A stretch of DNA of 64,000 nt from Candidatus Cloacimonadales bacterium (GTDB lineage: Bacteria > Cloacimonadota > Cloacimonadia > Cloacimonadales > JAFGVF01), in assembly GCA_963677495.2 (NCBI GenBank), contig CAXXOU010000004.1, positions 1,088,001 to 1,152,000 of the forward strand, read 5' to 3'. Below, piece after piece: positions 58,758 through 64,000 of this stretch (its first letter is position 1; each line of letters opens with the position of its first letter). The position numbers and the translations under genes were made by a program. The notes beneath the pieces were generated by a model, which was not told the origin of the DNA, made no database searches, and saw only the letters and a list, made by a program, of their open reading frames with translations.

Positions 58758-61044
58758 ATCTAACTGAGCAACTACTACCATTACTATCCACAAGTTTAAG
58801 TTTATGCTCTCCTGATTCCGGTGCTATAGACAAAGAATGCTTAGTTTTTGTCTCTCCTATTGAATCTCCATCAAGATACCAAAATAGCTTGATATTATGA
58901 TCTGAATGACTTGCTTTAAGAACAAGCTCTTGTTGCAGTGCTCCGAAATCCCTAGGCAGCATTACAATAGAGTTTTCAATTGGATATAGAATCTCCGGCT
59001 TATTGTATGATGTAGCTACCGGGCACTCAGGATTATGGAGAGGAGCAAGTTTCAAGCCTGTATTCCTGGAATTTAAAATAGTGGTTACAGATGGAGGGAA
59101 TTCAAGAAAACTTGCCTTATCTGTCTCTATATCTGACCAACACTTTGAACATACACCATATCCGGTTGCTTTATCATATGTAACCGTTTTATGATAAGGG
59201 CATACTTGCATTGGTTTAGCTTCATCAGGAAGAAAAATATCTTCTGTATCAACACAATCAGGACTAGGATAATAGCCTGTATCAAGGCATATTTTCTGTT
59301 TGTGCATAGATGCTTCGGGCATATAAAACCATTTTTCATCACAGAGAGAAGGTAGGGTTTTATAAATTGACTTCAAAAGAGGAACAGCAGCAGTAAAGCT
59401 TAGTATTTCAGGATTTGATTCACCGGTAAAGTTTCCTGCCCACACAGATACTATCCAGTCAGAAGTTACTCCAACAGCCCATGCATCTCTATTTCCAAAT
59501 GATGTTCCTGTTTTTACAGCTATAGATTTGTGTCCGGATATCTCAACAGGACTAAAGTTATTATTCTTTAGCATTTCCAGTGTAAGCCATTTTGCTCCTT
59601 TTGATATATTGAGTGCATTTCTTTGTTCTATATTCTCATTCATCCAATGAACTGGGGAGTATGTACTCCCATTCGCTAATTGAAGATAGAGATTAGTAAC
59701 ACTAATTAAAGAAGCCTCTGCCCCACCAATTACAAGACTTAGTCCATACTCACTGTAAGTTCTAAACAATGAAGAGAGACCGGCATCCTTTAATAATGTA
59801 TAGAACTTGAAAGCTCCATACTGTTCTAACAAACGTATTGCAGGTATATTTAATGACTTCCTTAATGCATCTTCAGCCGTTACTACTCCCCTATACTGAG
59901 AATCATAGTTTTCCGGAGCAAAAAGCATGTAATGTAACTTTGTATCAGTTAGCAATGTCTTTGGGTTCATTAATCCATCATCTATAGCAGCTGCGTACAA
60001 AAATGGCTTTAAAATCGACCCTGTAGACCTCAATGCTTTCACTCCATTAACTTGTCCATTTGAGTTGTTATCTCTGAAATCTTGTGAACCTAGATATGCT
60101 CTAACTTTTCCAGTCTTTCTTTCTGTGATTAGAACACTGAAGTTCTTAATTCCAAGATGACTATATCTGTATTTCTGCCTATGAGCTATCGCTTCAATAG
60201 TCTTTTGTAGCTTACTATCTATTGTAGTATAGTTCGTCATACCATGATTGGAAATCTTTAGTTCATCAGCTAAATGTGGAGCATGAAATGGGAAAGCAAG
60301 AATCTTTGAAGGTATCGGTTCAGTTATTGCACTCTCATACGTACTCAAATCCATCTTCCCTATTTTGTAGAGCTTGCTAAGTAGTCTGTTTCTTTTCTCC
60401 ATTAAAGGAATGGGATTACATCCGGGATACAGAGCACCGGGATTATTTGGTAATATTGCCAGTAGCGATGATTCAGCCCAAGTCAGTTGTTGCAGATCTC
60501 TTCCAAAGTATTTAAAAGATGCTGTTCTAACACCAACAATATTACTGCCGTATGGTGCATTATTACAGTATGAGCGTAAGATTGTATCTTTACTGTAAAA
60601 AAGTTCCCATTTAAGAGCTGTGATAATCTCTATAAATTTGTTAAAGTAATTCCTTTTGTTTCGCTTTTGTAATCCAACAGCTTGCATAGTTATAGTTGAA
60701 CCACCACTTATAATAGAGTTGGACTGCATATTAAGTTTCATGGCTCGAAACAATGCAATTGGGTTAATTCCGGGATGTGCATAGAAGTGCTTATCTTCAT
60801 ACGTAGTAATTGCAGTGATAATCTTGTTGGGGACACCTTGTTTTCCAGATAATGGGTAAAGAAACTGTTCTTCAGAGTTTAGATACACTCTTAAAATCTT
60901 ACCATCTTTATCCAATATTACTGTACTCGATGGACAGTCATTTGGATTTGGGATTGGTAAGACTAGAAATACTGATAATAGTACAACTCCCGCAAGAATA
61001 GTTATCCTTGCGGGAATTGATAGTTTTTTAAGTCTATTTAGCAT
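58744..61044 (-). CDS. pbpC: Penicillin-binding protein 1C
   Basis: EDKHFYAHPG, GGSTITMQ, GSILKPF, KTGTS; next to alpha-2-macroglobulin. Confidence 0.95.
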   Translation of the reverse strand: MLNRLKKLSIPARITILAGVVLLSVFLVLPIPNPNDCPSSTVILDKDGKILRVYLNSEEQFLYPLSGKQGVPNKIITAITTYEDKHFYAHPGINPIALFRAMKLNMQSNSIISGGSTITMQAVGLQKRNKRNYFNKFIEIITALKWELFYSKDTILRSYCNNAPYGSNIVGVRTASFKYFGRDLQQLTWAESSLLAILPNNPGALYPGCNPIPLMEKRNRLLSKLYKIGKMDLSTYESAITEPIPSKILAFPFHAPHLADELKISNHGMTNYTTIDSKLQKTIEAIAHRQKYRYSHLGIKNFSVLITERKTGKVRAYLGSQDFRDNNSNGQVNGVKALRSTGSILKPFLYAAAIDDGLMNPKTLLTDTKLHYMLFAPENYDSQYRGVVTAEDALRKSLNIPAIRLLEQYGAFKFYTLLKDAGLSSLFRTYSEYGLSLVIGGAEASLISVTNLYLQLANGSTYSPVHWMNENIEQRNALNISKGAKWLTLEMLKNNNFSPVEISGHKSIAVKTGTSFGNRDAWAVGVTSDWIVSVWAGNFTGESNPEILSFTAAVPLLKSIYKTLPSLCDEKWFYMPEASMHKQKICLDTGYYPSPDCVDTEDIFLPDEAKPMQVCPYHKTVTYDKATGYGVCSKCWSDIETDKASFLEFPPSVTTILNSRNTGLKLAPLHNPECPVATSYNKPEILYPIENSIVMLPRDFGALQQELVLKASHSDHNIKLFWYLDGDSIGETKTKHSLSIAPESGEHKLKLVDSNGSSCSVRFTIQ

Positions 61045-64000
61045 CTATTCGCAAGTAATCTTAAGTCCTGATTTTGTTGCATTGTAGTTTCCATAATACA
61101 TATTGATAACTCTTAATGGAGCCATCTCAAACTCACCTTTTGTTACTGCTGTCAATGGCACAACAAAGGCAGAACTGGAACCGTATAGATTAAAGAAAAA
61201 TAATGCTCTATCGTCTCTGATCTCAAAATGTTCTGGATTTACTTGAGAACATTCAATCCCATTAATTCCTAGATCATTAGGATCATCAGAGAGGCGGTAT
61301 TGCTGATTATTTATTGTATTTCTATTAAGCAATTCTACTTGATCAGGCTCCCAGCATGAAGGTAACGGAACAGCCAAAGCATAGTTTTCTCTATGGATTT
61401 GTTGTTTCATCTCAACACTAGCAACCAGTTTAAACCTATCTCCGGCTTTGATATCTGATGGTTTTATCTTAACTCCATCTTTGAAGAAGTTGTATCTAAT
61501 TTTTAATCCATTCTCCTCATCTTTCTGCTCAATACTATAGGACTTGAACTTCTCAGAAACAGTAATCACTGTATTATCAGCAGGCAATCCTTCTGGAACA
61601 TCAATCTCAATATTAGATGACCAGTCTTGAGGTATATTAACAATCTGCATTCGCTTATCAAGCTTAATTTCAAGCTCTTTACTTGAATCCAAATCTTTAA
61701 CCGTCACAGTTCCACCGGAAAGTTCTTTCCTAGGTCTTGCTTTCAGCATTTGTCCAAATCCAATAAGTGAATAGCTTAATTCATTAGTTGAAAGATAGTC
61801 CTGATGTTCGATATCAAGTAGTAATCGTGTATATAGATCATTCTGCCTTGTATCTTGTAAATCGTATAAACAGATTAATGCTATTGCTTTGTCTCTAATA
61901 GATGTAGCAAAATACTTTTGGTTTACTTTATGACCGAAGTCATAGTCTAAATTCTTACTTAGCGCTTCTGCAGTTTTATCTATTCCTGCTAGCTTATATG
62001 CTGTCGCAAGGAACCATTTATCAATTGGTTTCAGCTTGTCCATCATCTCTTCTTTCATATAGTTCATTGAACCGAGATTCGCTTCACCGGCTTTTGCGAG
62101 AACATAATATCCATAACAAGCATACTCTGAATAGTTTTGTAAATCTATTGTACTTATATAGTTTTTAATTGATGCTAGAAGATTAACTTTTAGTGTCTCA
62201 GGGACAAAGAACCCTTCCTTCTCAGCTGCAATAAGAAAATGCATTGCATAGTTGCTTAAGAACTGATTTGTCTCTCCATTGTACCATAAAGAAAGGCTTC
62301 CATCATACTTCTGTCTTTTAGCAAGCTCCTGGATTGTATAATCAATCTGCTCTTCCACACGATAGAACTCTTTACCTTGCTCAGGGAATACATCCCTAAC
62401 GTAAAGTAGAGGGAATGCCTTTGATATAATTTGTTCAGTACACCCATAAGGGAATCTAGTCAATTGATCGAGATACTTCAACAGATTTGGGGTGGACACA
62501 TCATTAACATGTAATTCAACCCTATTATATGCAAGTGTATCTTTCTCTAGGAGTGAAAGGTTTACTCGATTCTCTTCATTGAAACGATACAAAGTATCCT
62601 TCGTTTGAAGTGCCGATGCCGGAATTATTGGTAGGGTCTTGCTAACATTTACAGTTTTATCATTACCTTTCGCAATAAATCTAATCTGAGGTGATCCGGT
62701 TCTATTGGCTTTAATCCTGATTGAAGTAGTGGCTTGGTTATTTACAAGTTTTAGCTTCTTCTCTATTTCAGAAACTAGCTCATATTTATCATCCATTTCA
62801 ACTTCAAGGTTAACTGATTTAATCTCTTTGTCTACTGCAAATACAGAGATAGGTATCTCTGCTATATCACCCGGATGCATAACTCTTGGTAATGTTGGCA
62901 TCACAATAATATCATCAAGTACTTTCACAAGTTTCTGTTCGATACCGTAGCTATTACCACTAGCTGCAACAGCTATCACTCTTACTGCCCCCTGATAGTT
63001 TGGTATATCGAAATCTACACTTGCAAAACCATTAGCATCAGTCTCAAGTACACCTTTGCATATAGCTAACGGTTCGAATCTTTGTAAAAGTTCATCGTTT
63101 CCGACTTCATCCTTCATCAATCTTCCAGCACCGGACATTGCTCTTTCAAACATCATATCACCACCAACAGAGTAGGTCATGAACGCATCTCCCTGTGGTA
63201 ATCCTATAAACCATGGATAGTTGTCATATGGCATTGCCTGCAATCTTCTCTTCGCATAGAAGGTATCCCATGGGTTGCCAACTCTATAAGGAGTTAGTGT
63301 TACAAGACCTTCATCAATCACATATAATGTAAATGGTATTTTCTTTTTCAATTCTGTCTGTAACTCACAAGTGAGTTTACTACCTGGTTTAACTTTTTCC
63401 GGTGTCTTTAGTTCAAACTTCAATCGAGTCTTACTATCTTCCACCCTGATTGGAATAACACCATACATGCGGATTGGTCTATCGTTTTTGCTGACTGTAA
63501 TCGGTTGGATTATAGAAACAGTAAGATATGCGTTAGGCATCATAGCTTCTGTTATATCTATGTTAATCAATCCTTCATTGTTTTCTACCTTCATATCGAT
63601 CGATTTGGTCATTAACACCTTTCCATCTTTGGAAAATGTATAAAGGACATGGCATGACTCCGGAGCCGGGAATGTTATCTTAGCCTTATCTCCAATTTTA
63701 TAATTAGATTTATCTGATTTAAGGGTAATGAGACCTTCTGATCTCATACTTCCACCTTCACTACTCCACCAACTTGTCTGCTTTTCAATTGATGTAGCAT
63801 GACCATTAGGTGCGATTACTTCAATGAGGTATTTACCTTTTTGCTCAGGGGTGAAGCTGAAAAATATAGGTTTCTTCTTAGATTTAAGTGTTTTTTCAGT
63901 AACTAAGCTTGTGTTATAATCTTCTTTGAACGACACTTTTGAACTGCTGGAGTTATACCACCAATTGTATTCCTGATAGTAAACTTTCACTTTCAGTTTC
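61045..64000 (-). CDS. Bacterial alpha-2-macroglobulin (5' part beyond window)
   Basis: PYGCTEQ thioester motif, DEGL, LPRVMHPGD, IRDDR; frame open to the edge. Confidence 0.93.
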   Translation of the reverse strand, partial: KLKVKVYYQEYNWWYNSSSSKVSFKEDYNTSLVTEKTLKSKKKPIFFSFTPEQKGKYLIEVIAPNGHATSIEKQTSWWSSEGGSMRSEGLITLKSDKSNYKIGDKAKITFPAPESCHVLYTFSKDGKVLMTKSIDMKVENNEGLINIDITEAMMPNAYLTVSIIQPITVSKNDRPIRMYGVIPIRVEDSKTRLKFELKTPEKVKPGSKLTCELQTELKKKIPFTLYVIDEGLVTLTPYRVGNPWDTFYAKRRLQAMPYDNYPWFIGLPQGDAFMTYSVGGDMMFERAMSGAGRLMKDEVGNDELLQRFEPLAICKGVLETDANGFASVDFDIPNYQGAVRVIAVAASGNSYGIEQKLVKVLDDIIVMPTLPRVMHPGDIAEIPISVFAVDKEIKSVNLEVEMDDKYELVSEIEKKLKLVNNQATTSIRIKANRTGSPQIRFIAKGNDKTVNVSKTLPIIPASALQTKDTLYRFNEENRVNLSLLEKDTLAYNRVELHVNDVSTPNLLKYLDQLTRFPYGCTEQIISKAFPLLYVRDVFPEQGKEFYRVEEQIDYTIQELAKRQKYDGSLSLWYNGETNQFLSNYAMHFLIAAEKEGFFVPETLKVNLLASIKNYISTIDLQNYSEYACYGYYVLAKAGEANLGSMNYMKEEMMDKLKPIDKWFLATAYKLAGIDKTAEALSKNLDYDFGHKVNQKYFATSIRDKAIALICLYDLQDTRQNDLYTRLLLDIEHQDYLSTNELSYSLIGFGQMLKARPRKELSGGTVTVKDLDSSKELEIKLDKRMQIVNIPQDWSSNIEIDVPEGLPADNTVITVSEKFKSYSIEQKDEENGLKIRYNFFKDGVKIKPSDIKAGDRFKLVASVEMKQQIHRENYALAVPLPSCWEPDQVELLNRNTINNQQYRLSDDPNDLGINGIECSQVNPEHFEIRDDRALFFFNLYGSSSAFVVPLTAVTKGEFEMAPLRVINMYYGNYNATKSGLKITCE

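Overview
AT-rich bacterial chromosomal window, probably Candidatus Cloacimonadota (inferred from secreted proteins with 'YPNPFNP...FNIKGQ...SGIYFY' FlgD/T9SS-like tails and an amino-acid-fermentation Vor operon). Housekeeping content: rpsU-yqeY-cvpA-mutS2-dnaG-rpoD-tRNA-Ile2, asd, tag, thrS, aminotransferase plus 2-oxoacid:ferredoxin oxidoreductase, spoVG-like-hflX, trmB-HD-prfB (programmed frameshift)-uppS-cdsA, tandem hsp20 with CIRCE-like operator, thiN, pbpC and alpha-2-macroglobulin. Accessory content: a type I R-M locus (hsdM and the 5' end of hsdS carry many +1 insertions, probably read errors) with rhuM, and three large secreted proteins. The most unusual signal is non-coding. Long intergenic regions are mosaics of several REP/MITE-like modules, including a 166-bp BIME-like tandem array. 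At least five arrays have a strict 11-bp period with two inverted halves but different core words. Two divergent secreted paralogues share a near-identical ~230-260 bp promoter+REP block, and one is also bracketed by direct repeats, suggesting a repeat-scaffolded cassette system. No CRISPR, rRNA or transposase gene was seen.
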